Below, piece by piece: positions 45,269 through 51,887 of a stretch of 51,887 nucleotides of DNA (the first letter of the stretch is position 1; each line of letters opens with the position of its first letter). The stretch is from NCBI GenBank assembly GCA_044360745.1, contig JBIKJU010000001.1, positions 1-51,887 on the forward strand, given 5' to 3'. The position numbers were made by a program, and so were the translations under genes. The stretch comes from Chitinophagales bacterium (lineage in GTDB: Bacteria > Bacteroidota > Bacteroidia > Chitinophagales > LD1). The notes below the pieces were generated by a model. It made no database searches. It worked only from the letters and a program-made list of their open reading frames with translations, and was not told where the DNA came from.

Positions 45269-45421
45269 ATGAAGTCTATATATATTTGTCTATTTATACT
45301 CTTTCCTATTTTTCTTTTTGCACAAAAGCCAAAAACTCATGCTCCTAAAGATACTTTAAACAAAGATTCGCGAGTTAGTAAGATTCAGACACTCAAAAAG
45401 GACAGCATAGTAGAAGACTAA
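45269..45421 (+). CDS. 50-codon ORF encoding only a signal peptide plus a short tail (possibly the 5' part of a disrupted gene)
   Basis: MKSIYICLFILFPIFLFAQKPK...VED then TAA at 45419-45421. Same frame as the downstream ORF. Confidence 0.3.
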   Translation: MKSIYICLFILFPIFLFAQKPKTHAPKDTLNKDSRVSKIQTLKKDSIVED

Positions 45422-45502
45422 GGACAAGTTTTTGAGACAGTTCATAATTTCAAATCAAAAGACCGAACATTTAATTTAGAAGTAGAGCGAGAAGGACAAA
45501 AA

Positions 45503-45763
45503 GTGATGGTTTATTTACTTGTAGAGGATTTAAAAGACTATAAAGAGGTATTTATTCAAAGAAGTGACGAAACACGCTTAGGCATGGCCAACTACAAATA
45601 TTTAAAACCACAAGAGTATAAACTTAAAAAATTCACAGAAATTATTTTTGAAGACAAATACCCTCATCTAGGGCATAAAGATTCATATTATAGGATAAAG
45701 TGCGAAGATTTGAATGGTGTATTGCTTACTTTTCCTTGGGTTTTGTTGCCTGGCATTCGCTAA
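45503..45763 (+). CDS. Hypothetical beta-sandwich-like protein (possibly the 3' part of a disrupted secreted-protein gene)
   Basis: 86-aa track ORF starting GTG 45503 / ATG 45506. The frame is open back to the TAA at 45419. Tail pattern ...FIQRSDE...FEDKYPHLGHKDSYYRIKCEDLNGVLLTFP. Confidence 0.5.
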   Translation: MMVYLLVEDLKDYKEVFIQRSDETRLGMANYKYLKPQEYKLKKFTEIIFEDKYPHLGHKDSYYRIKCEDLNGVLLTFPWVLLPGIR

Positions 45764-45831
45764 TATCATTAAAGATATTAGATGCTTTAAAGTATTTTAA
45801 TGTATTTCAGTTTACTAAAGTAGCCACAAAT

Positions 45832-45862
45832 TTTGGTAAATAAAAAGCAGTTCTTATATTTG
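45832..45862 (+). promoter_or_regulatory. Bacteroidetes sigma-A type promoter of tRNA-Gln (-33 TTTG, 19-nt spacer, -7 TATATTTG)
   Basis: TTTG at 45832-45835 and TATATTTG at 45855-45862. The box ends 8 nt before the mature tRNA 5' end. Confidence 0.6.
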
Positions 45863-45870
45863 CGCTCCAT

Positions 45871-45941
45871 TGCCCGATCGTCTAATGGCAGGACTACTGA
45901 TTTTGGTTCAGTGTGTATAGGTTCGAATCCTGTTCGGGCAA
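45871..45941 (+). tRNA. tRNA-Gln (anticodon UUG)
   Basis: Manual cloverleaf fold. Acceptor TGCCCGA/TCGGGCA, D arm GTCT-AATGGCA-GGAC, anticodon arm ACTGA-TTTTGGT-TCAGT (anticodon TTG), T arm ATAGG-TTCGAAT-CCTGT, discriminator A. No encoded CCA. Confidence 0.92.
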
Positions 45942-45945
45942 CTTT

Positions 45946-45971
45946 AAACCTCCCTCTTGGGAGGTTTTTTT
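45946..45971 (+). terminator. Rho-independent terminator after tRNA-Gln
   Basis: aaa-cctccc-tctt-gggagg-ttttttt. Stem 45949-45954 / 45959-45964, followed by a 7-T run. Confidence 0.82.
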
Positions 45972-45992
45972 ATTTTAGGTAAGTTTAATATT

Positions 45993-46000
45993 TATCTTTG
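45993..46000 (+). promoter_or_regulatory. Bacteroidetes-type -7 box (TATCTTTG)
   Basis: Exact TAnnTTTG match 28 nt upstream of the receptor ATG at 46029. Confidence 0.35.
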
Positions 46001-46028
46001 AGCTTTATCTTCCATCACAATACATCAT

Positions 46029-48410
46029 ATGCGTCTTTATATTTTTTGCCTTAGCTTACTTTTTTCTATAAAAGCCTTTTCACAAATCACCAATACTGAA
46101 AAATTTACAATAAGTGGCGCAGTAAAAGACGGCTCAAATGGCGAAGAACTAATAGGTGCTACTGTGACACTAAAGGACAATCCGGGAGTAGGTGTAGTCA
46201 CAAATGCCTACGGGTTTTATTCACTCACATTACCCAAAGGCAAGCATATACTGATTTATAGATACATAGGATTTGTAGATCAGGAGCAAGAAATACAATT
46301 AGATAAAAGTACAGTTTTAAATATGTCTTTATCTACATCTCAAAAAGAGCTCAAACAAGTAGAAATAGTAGCTGGTAAAAAAGACAACTTGAAGAAAGCT
46401 GAAATGGGGGTAACCAAATTAGACATGAAGGAATTAGAAAAGATACCTGTCATATTTGGTGAGCGAGATATTATAAAAACACTACAGCTTCTCCCCGGAG
46501 TAAAATCTGCTGGAGAAGGCAGTACGGGTATTTTTGTGCGTGGTGGGGGAGCCGATCAAAATTTAATTTTATTGGATGAAGCACCCGTTTATAATGCTTC
46601 GCATCTTCTTGGATTTTTCTCTACCTTCAATACTGACGCCATAAAAGATGTGACACTTTATAAAGGCAATATGCCTGCAGAATATGGTGGTAGATTATCA
46701 AGTACCATAGATATAAAAATGAAAGAAGGCAACGACAAACGTTTTGTGGTTGGAGGAGGACTAGGTATCATAGCATCAAGACTAAGTGTTGAAGGGCCAA
46801 TAGTAAAAAACAAAGGATCATTTATCATCACAGGTCGTAGAACATATGCTGATATTTTTTTAAAAGCGCTACCAGCATCTAACCCTGCTAGAAATAGCAC
46901 TTTGTATTTTTATGATATAAACGCTAAAGCAAATTTTAGAATTGGTAAAAAAGATAGGATATTCATTTCAGGTTATTTCGGCAGAGATAAGTTTGGAATA
47001 ACGAACAACAACAATGGAATATCAACGAGCTTTGGAATAGATTATGGTAATATTACTGGTACGCTTAGATGGAATCATATTTTTTCTGAAAAGCTTTTCT
47101 CTAACACATCGCTTATAGTTTCTAACTTTGATTACAACATTGGTATCAGTGCACTGGCTGTCAATATAGATATTAAGTCAAACGTTCTAGACTACAATGT
47201 AAAACAAGACTTTCAATACTATCGCGACAATAAAAATACACTCAAGTTTGGCTTCCTATCTATCATGCACACTATCCAACCCGGCAATGTATCTTCTAGA
47301 GACACCTCACGAGTAAACGCAATATCGTTATCAAAAAAATATGGATGGGAAAATGCTTTATACTTCCAGCATGAATGGAAGCCATCTTCAAAAGTAGAGG
47401 TTAATTATGGCTTAAGATTATCTACTTTTTCTATTACAGGGCCTACTACGAATTATACCTTTGATGGAGATGGTAAGTTAAAAGACTCTATAAATCTCAA
47501 ATTCGGTCAATTTGGAAAAACCTATGTAAACCTTGAACCTAGAATAGCTGTTAGCTATAACTTTCTTCCAAATCATTCATTCAAAACTTCATATTCTAGA
47601 AACACTCAAAACGTAAATCAACTCTCTAATAGTCAGGTTGGAAGCCCGACTGATGTATGGGTTCTCACAAGCAACAATATTAAGCCAGGTATATCAGATC
47701 AAGTAGCCTTAGGATATTATCTAAATTTTCGGAAAGATCGATTTGAATTTAGCATAGAGGGCTACTACAAACATCTTTGGAATCAGATAGACTATAGAAA
47801 CGGTGCAGTACTTAGAGCAAATGAGACGATAGAAAGTCAGTTAGTATATGGAACTGGCAGAGCATATGGAGCGGAATTTTATTTACGCAAAAAAACAGGA
47901 AAACTAACTGGTTGGATTAGTTATACCCTTTCAAAAACAGAACGCACTTTTGATGACATTGAAAATGGAAGATACTTCCCAGCAAGACAAGATAGGACTC
48001 ACGACTTATCGGTAGTTCTAATTTATCAAATAATACCTAGATTAAGTATTTCTACATCTTTTATTTATTATACAGGCGATGCAGTGACATTCCCAAGTGG
48101 AAAATATGTAGTAAACGGTAATATTCTAAACTATTATACCGAAAGAAATGGCTATCGAACTCCTGCCTATAATAGATTAGATATTGGATTAAACTATGAC
48201 TTTAAAACAAAGAAAAACTTTGAGCACGGCATAAACTTTTCAGTTTACAATCTTTATGCTCAAAAAAATCCATTTAGTTTTTCGTTTCAACCAAGTGAAC
48301 AAGACCCAAGAAAAGTAGAGATAGTGAAAACGTATTTATTTAGAATAGTGCCATCTTTGACTTACAATTTCAAATTTACAGCACCAGAAATCATCAAGAA
48401 AAAGAAATAA
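46029..48410 (+). CDS. TonB-dependent receptor with N-terminal CarboxypepD_reg-like domain
   Basis: Signal peptide. ISGAVKDGSNGEELIGATVTLKDNPGVGVVTNAYGFYSL. Plug motif DIIKTLQLLPGVKSAGEGSTGIFVRGGGADQNLILLDEAPVYN. Beta-barrel remainder ending in an aromatic-rich strand. Confidence 0.9.
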   Translation: MRLYIFCLSLLFSIKAFSQITNTEKFTISGAVKDGSNGEELIGATVTLKDNPGVGVVTNAYGFYSLTLPKGKHILIYRYIGFVDQEQEIQLDKSTVLNMSLSTSQKELKQVEIVAGKKDNLKKAEMGVTKLDMKELEKIPVIFGERDIIKTLQLLPGVKSAGEGSTGIFVRGGGADQNLILLDEAPVYNASHLLGFFSTFNTDAIKDVTLYKGNMPAEYGGRLSSTIDIKMKEGNDKRFVVGGGLGIIASRLSVEGPIVKNKGSFIITGRRTYADIFLKALPASNPARNSTLYFYDINAKANFRIGKKDRIFISGYFGRDKFGITNNNNGISTSFGIDYGNITGTLRWNHIFSEKLFSNTSLIVSNFDYNIGISALAVNIDIKSNVLDYNVKQDFQYYRDNKNTLKFGFLSIMHTIQPGNVSSRDTSRVNAISLSKKYGWENALYFQHEWKPSSKVEVNYGLRLSTFSITGPTTNYTFDGDGKLKDSINLKFGQFGKTYVNLEPRIAVSYNFLPNHSFKTSYSRNTQNVNQLSNSQVGSPTDVWVLTSNNIKPGISDQVALGYYLNFRKDRFEFSIEGYYKHLWNQIDYRNGAVLRANETIESQLVYGTGRAYGAEFYLRKKTGKLTGWISYTLSKTERTFDDIENGRYFPARQDRTHDLSVVLIYQIIPRLSISTSFIYYTGDAVTFPSGKYVVNGNILNYYTERNGYRTPAYNRLDIGLNYDFKTKKNFEHGINFSVYNLYAQKNPFSFSFQPSEQDPRKVEIVKTYLFRIVPSLTYNFKFTAPEIIKKKK

Positions 48411-48411
48411 T

Positions 48412-49191
48412 ATGAGTACGAATACAGAATTTAGAATTTTACTTCTTAGCATAATTGCCATCATCATGACAGCATGTCAAGAAGTAGTAGATCTGCCATT
48501 AAACAACAAGGCTGGGAAACTAGTAATAGAAGGAAATATAAGTGATAGTGGCGACCCTGCTGCTGTTTTTATTTCAAAAACTACAGACTATAAAGACACC
48601 TTGTTTTTTGATGGTGTAGAAAATGCCATTGTTGTGATAGAGCATGATGGTATAGCTGACACGCTCAGTCCTTTGTTAAAAGGAGTGTACACAAAAAATG
48701 GGTTATCTACAATTGCTGGCAAAAACTATAAACTATCAGTATGGGTAGAGGGTAGTCTATACACCTCTCAATCCACAGCTGGCTTAAACGTAGCAATAGA
48801 TACTGCATATACTTCCCTTAGTCCATCTGGGAGAAATCAAGTTACTATTGCGGAGTTTAGAGATCCGGGAGGAGTGATTAATTTCTATAAAGGAGATGTT
48901 ATACTCAATGGATTTCGGGTGGTCACTTTTGATGTTACCTCAGATCGGCTAACTGATGGGAAGAAAAAAGCGTTACGATTTATTTCACCCTTAAAGTTTA
49001 ACTCTGGAGATATCGTAAAAGTAACGATGAATAGTATAGACGAAAATGCATACAACTACTTTTCATCACTTCAAAATAACACAGGGGCTCAATCCGCAGC
49101 TCCTGCCAATCCAGTATCCAACATTAGTGGAGATGTGCTGGGATACTTTAGTGCACATACACAGTCTAGTTCTACAATAGTGGTACCTTAG
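48412..49191 (+). CDS. DUF4249-like lipoprotein partner of the TonB-dependent receptor
   Basis: Lipobox-like IMTAC. N-terminal LPLNNKAGKLVIEGNISDSGDPAAVFISKT. It starts 1 nt after the receptor stop. The family name is from memory of this receptor/lipoprotein pairing. Confidence 0.68.
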   Translation: MSTNTEFRILLLSIIAIIMTACQEVVDLPLNNKAGKLVIEGNISDSGDPAAVFISKTTDYKDTLFFDGVENAIVVIEHDGIADTLSPLLKGVYTKNGLSTIAGKNYKLSVWVEGSLYTSQSTAGLNVAIDTAYTSLSPSGRNQVTIAEFRDPGGVINFYKGDVILNGFRVVTFDVTSDRLTDGKKKALRFISPLKFNSGDIVKVTMNSIDENAYNYFSSLQNNTGAQSAAPANPVSNISGDVLGYFSAHTQSSSTIVVP

Positions 49192-49244
49192 ATTAAAAAT
49201 TTACACCATCTATCCACATCTTTAAATTTTTGACAACTTATATT

Positions 49245-49252
49245 TACTTTTG
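49245..49252 (+). promoter_or_regulatory. Bacteroidetes-type -7 box (TACTTTTG)
   Basis: Exact TAnnTTTG match 35 nt upstream of the prs ATG. There is no well-spaced -33 TTTG. Confidence 0.3.
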
Positions 49253-49287
49253 AGGAATAAATCTCACCAATTAATTTATTACATATT

Positions 49288-50232
49288 ATGTTATCACCGG
49301 AAGTAAGACTCCTCGTAGGCAGCAATTCTACATACCTAGGCGAAAGTATTGCAAAACATTATGGACAAGATCTTACCAAAATGCAGCTATTGCGATTTAG
49401 TGATGGAGAGATGCAGCCCGAAATCCAAGAGTCGGTACGTGGTTCATATGTTTTTATCATTCAAAACACCAACGCTCCTGCCGACAACCTTATGGAGCTA
49501 TTGATGATTGTAGACGCTGCCAAAAGAGCCTCCGCAGATTACATCACTGCTGTGATTCCCTACTTTGGATATGCCCGCCAAGACCGAAAAGACCGACCTA
49601 GAGTAGCCATAGCAGCAAAATTGGTTGCTAATTTATTGACTGCTGCAGGCGTAAACCGTGTGATGACTATGGACTTGCATGCTGGTCAGATACAAGGTTT
49701 TTTTGACATACCGGTAGATCACCTTAATAGCTCTGCTATTTTTATTCCGTTTATTGAAAACTCAAATTGGGATAATCTCTGTTTTGCATCTCCCGATGTA
49801 GGCAGTGTAAAAAGAGCTAGAATTTACGCTCAATACTTTGGTGCAGATATGGTAATCTGTGATAAATACAGAAAAAGAGCAAATGAAGTAGCAGAGATGA
49901 CACTTATTGGTTCTGTAGAAGGCAAAAATGTAGTGATAGTAGATGATATGATAGATACAGGAGGTACACTGTGTAGCGCTGCTGATTTGCTAATGAATAA
50001 AGGCGCAAAATCTGTAAGAGCCATGATTACGCATCCTGTTTTATCTGGCAATGCTTATGAAAACATTGAAAAATCTCAGATATTAGAACTCATAGTAGCA
50101 AACACCCTACCACTAACTAAAAGTAGCTCCAAAATCAAGCAATTGTCAGTATCAGAACTTTTCGCTACTAGCATCCGAAATGCTCATGAACATAAGTCTA
50201 TAAACTCATTGTTTTTGACACCTTCGGTGTAA
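49288..50232 (+). CDS. prs: Ribose-phosphate pyrophosphokinase (PRPP synthetase)
   Basis: 314 aa. YFGYARQDRK, MDLHAGQIQGFFDIPVDHL, and the PRPP-binding loop VVIVDDMIDTGGTL. Confidence 0.95.
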   Translation: MLSPEVRLLVGSNSTYLGESIAKHYGQDLTKMQLLRFSDGEMQPEIQESVRGSYVFIIQNTNAPADNLMELLMIVDAAKRASADYITAVIPYFGYARQDRKDRPRVAIAAKLVANLLTAAGVNRVMTMDLHAGQIQGFFDIPVDHLNSSAIFIPFIENSNWDNLCFASPDVGSVKRARIYAQYFGADMVICDKYRKRANEVAEMTLIGSVEGKNVVIVDDMIDTGGTLCSAADLLMNKGAKSVRAMITHPVLSGNAYENIEKSQILELIVANTLPLTKSSSKIKQLSVSELFATSIRNAHEHKSINSLFLTPSV

Positions 50233-50380
50233 TTGCATAGCTGAACCTGTTATTAATAACATAAAACGTGGAGCTTTAAACCTTAAAGTTTAAAATATAT
50301 TTTTATTTAATAGGGTTGATTGTTGGGAGTGTCAGTATATAAACTTAACCTTGTATTATGTCTAACAGAAGTGAAAAACA

Positions 50381-50415
50381 AAAAAGGCTATATCGTTTAA
50401 TGATACAGCCTTTTT
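50381..50415. terminator. Bidirectional rho-independent terminator between prs and the rhodopsin gene
   Basis: aaaaa-ggctatatc-gtttaat-gatacagcc-ttttt. A 9-bp stem with one A/C mismatch, flanked by an A-run on the left and a T-run on the right. Confidence 0.8.
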
Positions 50416-50445
50416 CTATTAATATAAATTTAAGTATTCTTTAGC

Positions 50446-51165
50446 TTACTCATCATTGCGGCTAAGTATGTATATTACTAGTCCAAATCCTATTTTATTT
50501 ACAGCATCTCCAATGTTGTAAACAATATCCATAGCATGTGATGCTGCAGCTTGGTCAGCCACAATTTGGATACCCATAAATCCACCCTTAGTACCTAATA
50601 TGTAACCAAGTGGATATATTGCCCAGCCAACCAATATAAACCAACCTAATGATTTGTTTGCCTTTTGAACCGCAATACTACCAGACTGAGCTAGCTTTGC
50701 TACTTCTCCAAACCATACAAGATATACTATGTAAAAGTAAGCCAAACCACTTATCGCTCCCCATATCCAACTTTGCACCTCTAGTGGATAAATAGCCTCT
50801 CCGATATAACCTGTTACAAGCATAAACACAGATGCTGCTATTAGCTTCACCAACAATGAAATTTTTGCGCCTGATTTTTGAGTGATTAGGTAAAACTCTA
50901 CGCACATCAAAGGCACAGTTAACAACCAATCTACGTATCTAAAAAAAGTGGGAGATTGTCCCGTCTCGAGGTTATAACCTCGCATATAATAATAGTGAAC
51001 AGCAGCTATAAACGTAATAATTGCTGAAACAAGAACTGAAGTACGCCACTTTTTGGACGTGTTGCTTACTTCAAAGAAGAAAAAAACAGATGCGGCCATC
51101 ATGGCCATAGTTCCGATAAAAAATGTAAATGCTACATAATTATCATTTGCAATTTGTGTTTCCAT
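50446..51165 (-). CDS. Proteorhodopsin-type light-driven proton pump (DTE motif, Met at the tuning site)
   Basis: Seven hydrophobic helices. RYVDWLLTVPLMCVEFYLI gives Asp/Thr/Glu, with Met at the position equivalent to GPR 105. VHYYYM matches GPR His75. The Schiff-base Lys is in GDAVNKIGFG, with Asp four residues before it. The track start 51192 is TTG inside the candidate -7 box, so I prefer ATG 51165 (METQIAN...). Confidence 0.92.
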   Translation of the reverse strand: METQIANDNYVAFTFFIGTMAMMAASVFFFFEVSNTSKKWRTSVLVSAIITFIAAVHYYYMRGYNLETGQSPTFFRYVDWLLTVPLMCVEFYLITQKSGAKISLLVKLIAASVFMLVTGYIGEAIYPLEVQSWIWGAISGLAYFYIVYLVWFGEVAKLAQSGSIAVQKANKSLGWFILVGWAIYPLGYILGTKGGFMGIQIVADQAAASHAMDIVYNIGDAVNKIGFGLVIYILSRNDE

Positions 51166-51189
51166 ATAAAATTTGTTTGTTTTAAGAGA

Positions 51190-51197
51190 CAAAATTA
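51190..51197 (-). promoter_or_regulatory. Bacteroidetes-type -7 box (TAATTTTG on the minus strand) upstream of the rhodopsin gene
   Basis: Exact TAnnTTTG match with 24 nt between it and ATG 51165. I found no well-spaced -33 TTTG. Confidence 0.4.
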
Positions 51198-51259
51198 TCT
51201 CAATTTAGTAAACATATTAAAAAATAAAATGTTTTGTTCGGTTTGCTATATTTTAACAT

Positions 51260-51304
51260 ATTTTTACAATTAGATGTTGTTTAGCAATTTCTAATTGTAA
51301 AAAT
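51260..51304. repeat. Perfect 14-bp inverted repeat with a 17-nt spacer (ATTTTTACAATTAG ... CTAATTGTAAAAAT)
   Basis: The arms at 51260-51273 and 51291-51304 are exact reverse complements. No U-tract follows on either strand, so it is not a canonical terminator. Confidence 0.6.
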
Positions 51305-51460
51305 TATGACTATACATGATCATTTTATTTTCAGCAATAAGCTAGATGACATCCAAACAACCAACTCTTAATCAAAATATACTAAATATGAATGATAACT
51401 ATCTAATTTTCTTGTGCAGATGACAATTACAGCGCAAAACAGAGAGAATCAGCTGGTTAC

Positions 51461-51887
51461 TTACTTATAATTCTCTTCGTAGAAATTCAAATAATTACCT
51501 ATTCGCTTATTTGTTATGAGTGTAGAGTAGTTAAGTGTATTAATAGCGAAAATATATATTTTCTCTGCATCTAAGCCTGTTGCTTTTTTTACATCAGTTT
51601 TAACTTTTGCTATATAAGCCAAAGCATCATCCTTATTCATAAACGGCTTGATGACTATAAGCTTGTTGTTATTGTCTATAAATACAGACCGATTAGTCAA
51701 TTTCTTATCTGGCACAGCTGCTGCATGAAAAGCATCGAGTTTTCCAAATATTCCATTTTCAAAATCTGCTGCATTTCTATAATAAATCACCACATTGTGA
51801 GGCGACATATCGCTTTTCCCAAAAACTTCTTCTTTGTCGTTTTTATCGGCATTAATAGTTTCAACTATCACAGGTGCGGTCACTAAA
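51461..51887 (-). CDS. C-terminal about 141 codons of a larger hypothetical protein (5' end outside the window)
   Basis: The frame is open from the window edge to TAA at 51463-51461. The track M at 51883 is GTG and the codon before it is sense. No motif recognised. Confidence 0.6.
   Translation of the reverse strand, partial: LVTAPVIVETINADKNDKEEVFGKSDMSPHNVVIYYRNAADFENGIFGKLDAFHAAAVPDKKLTNRSVFIDNNNKLIVIKPFMNKDDALAYIAKVKTDVKKATGLDAEKIYIFAINTLNYSTLITNKRIGNYLNFYEENYK

Noticed and set aside
45764-46028. tRNA-Gln as a possible integration site for a mobile element.
   Set aside because: There is no integrase nearby and no visible direct repeat of the tRNA 3' end in the window. The flanking genes are ordinary envelope genes.
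50273-50289. Small AT-rich hairpin (gctttaa-acc-ttaaagt) just downstream of prs as a possible terminator.
   Set aside because: It is a 7-bp, mostly A/T stem with a G-U pair and no adjacent U-tract. The strong terminator at 50381-50415 explains termination better.
50358-50444. 28-codon ORF (MSNRSEKQKRLYRLMIQPF...) between prs and the rhodopsin gene.
   Set aside because: It runs straight through the strong bidirectional terminator hairpin (50381-50415). It is short and has no supporting signals.
1-51887. Looked for CRISPR arrays, IS elements, transposases, integrases, phage genes, toxin-antitoxin pairs or known defence-system genes.
   Set aside because: I saw no regularly spaced direct repeats outside coding repeats. 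No ORF has recombinase, transposase or nuclease-helicase defence signatures. The window reads as core chromosome.

Overview
AT-rich, very gene-dense chromosomal segment that looks like a Bacteroidota genome. Supporting signs are a T9SS type-B sorting-domain cargo with PorP/SprF and OmpA partners, GldB, an XrtF-like exosortase, TonB-dependent receptors with lipoprotein partners, and TAnnTTTG -7 promoter boxes. I count about 42 protein-coding genes (two cut by the window edges), one tRNA-Gln(UUG) and several clear intrinsic terminators. I saw no rRNA, CRISPR array, transposase, integrase or phage-like gene. Content is mostly housekeeping (rsgA, secA, argS, uvrA, rnhB, rlmB, prs, trx, miaE) mixed with cell-envelope functions, plus a DTE-motif, Met-105 (green-type) proteorhodopsin at the right end. 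Nothing resembles a known defence system. The places most worth a second look are: (i) 9.7-14.9 kb, a TonB-dependent barrel, a tandem OB-like surface lipoprotein and a divergent secreted EEP nuclease/phosphatase, next to a PiT-type phosphate transporter; this is a candidate extracellular nucleic-acid/phosphorus capture locus. (ii) 34.5-38.5 kb, a tightly packed operon of flippase, gldB, an unassignable 8-TM protein and an XrtF-like exosortase. (iii) The rhodopsin locus, with a perfect 14-bp inverted repeat upstream. (iv) A signal-peptide ORF interrupted by one in-frame TAA at 45419. (v) An archaeal-type GGGPS-family gene translationally coupled to rsgA. (vi) A perfect 16-bp palindrome 11 nt upstream of uvrA. 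All family assignments rest on motifs I recognise in the translations. No database search was possible, so novelty cannot be asserted. Several track ORFs begin at TTG/GTG and look over-extended, so I give my preferred starts.
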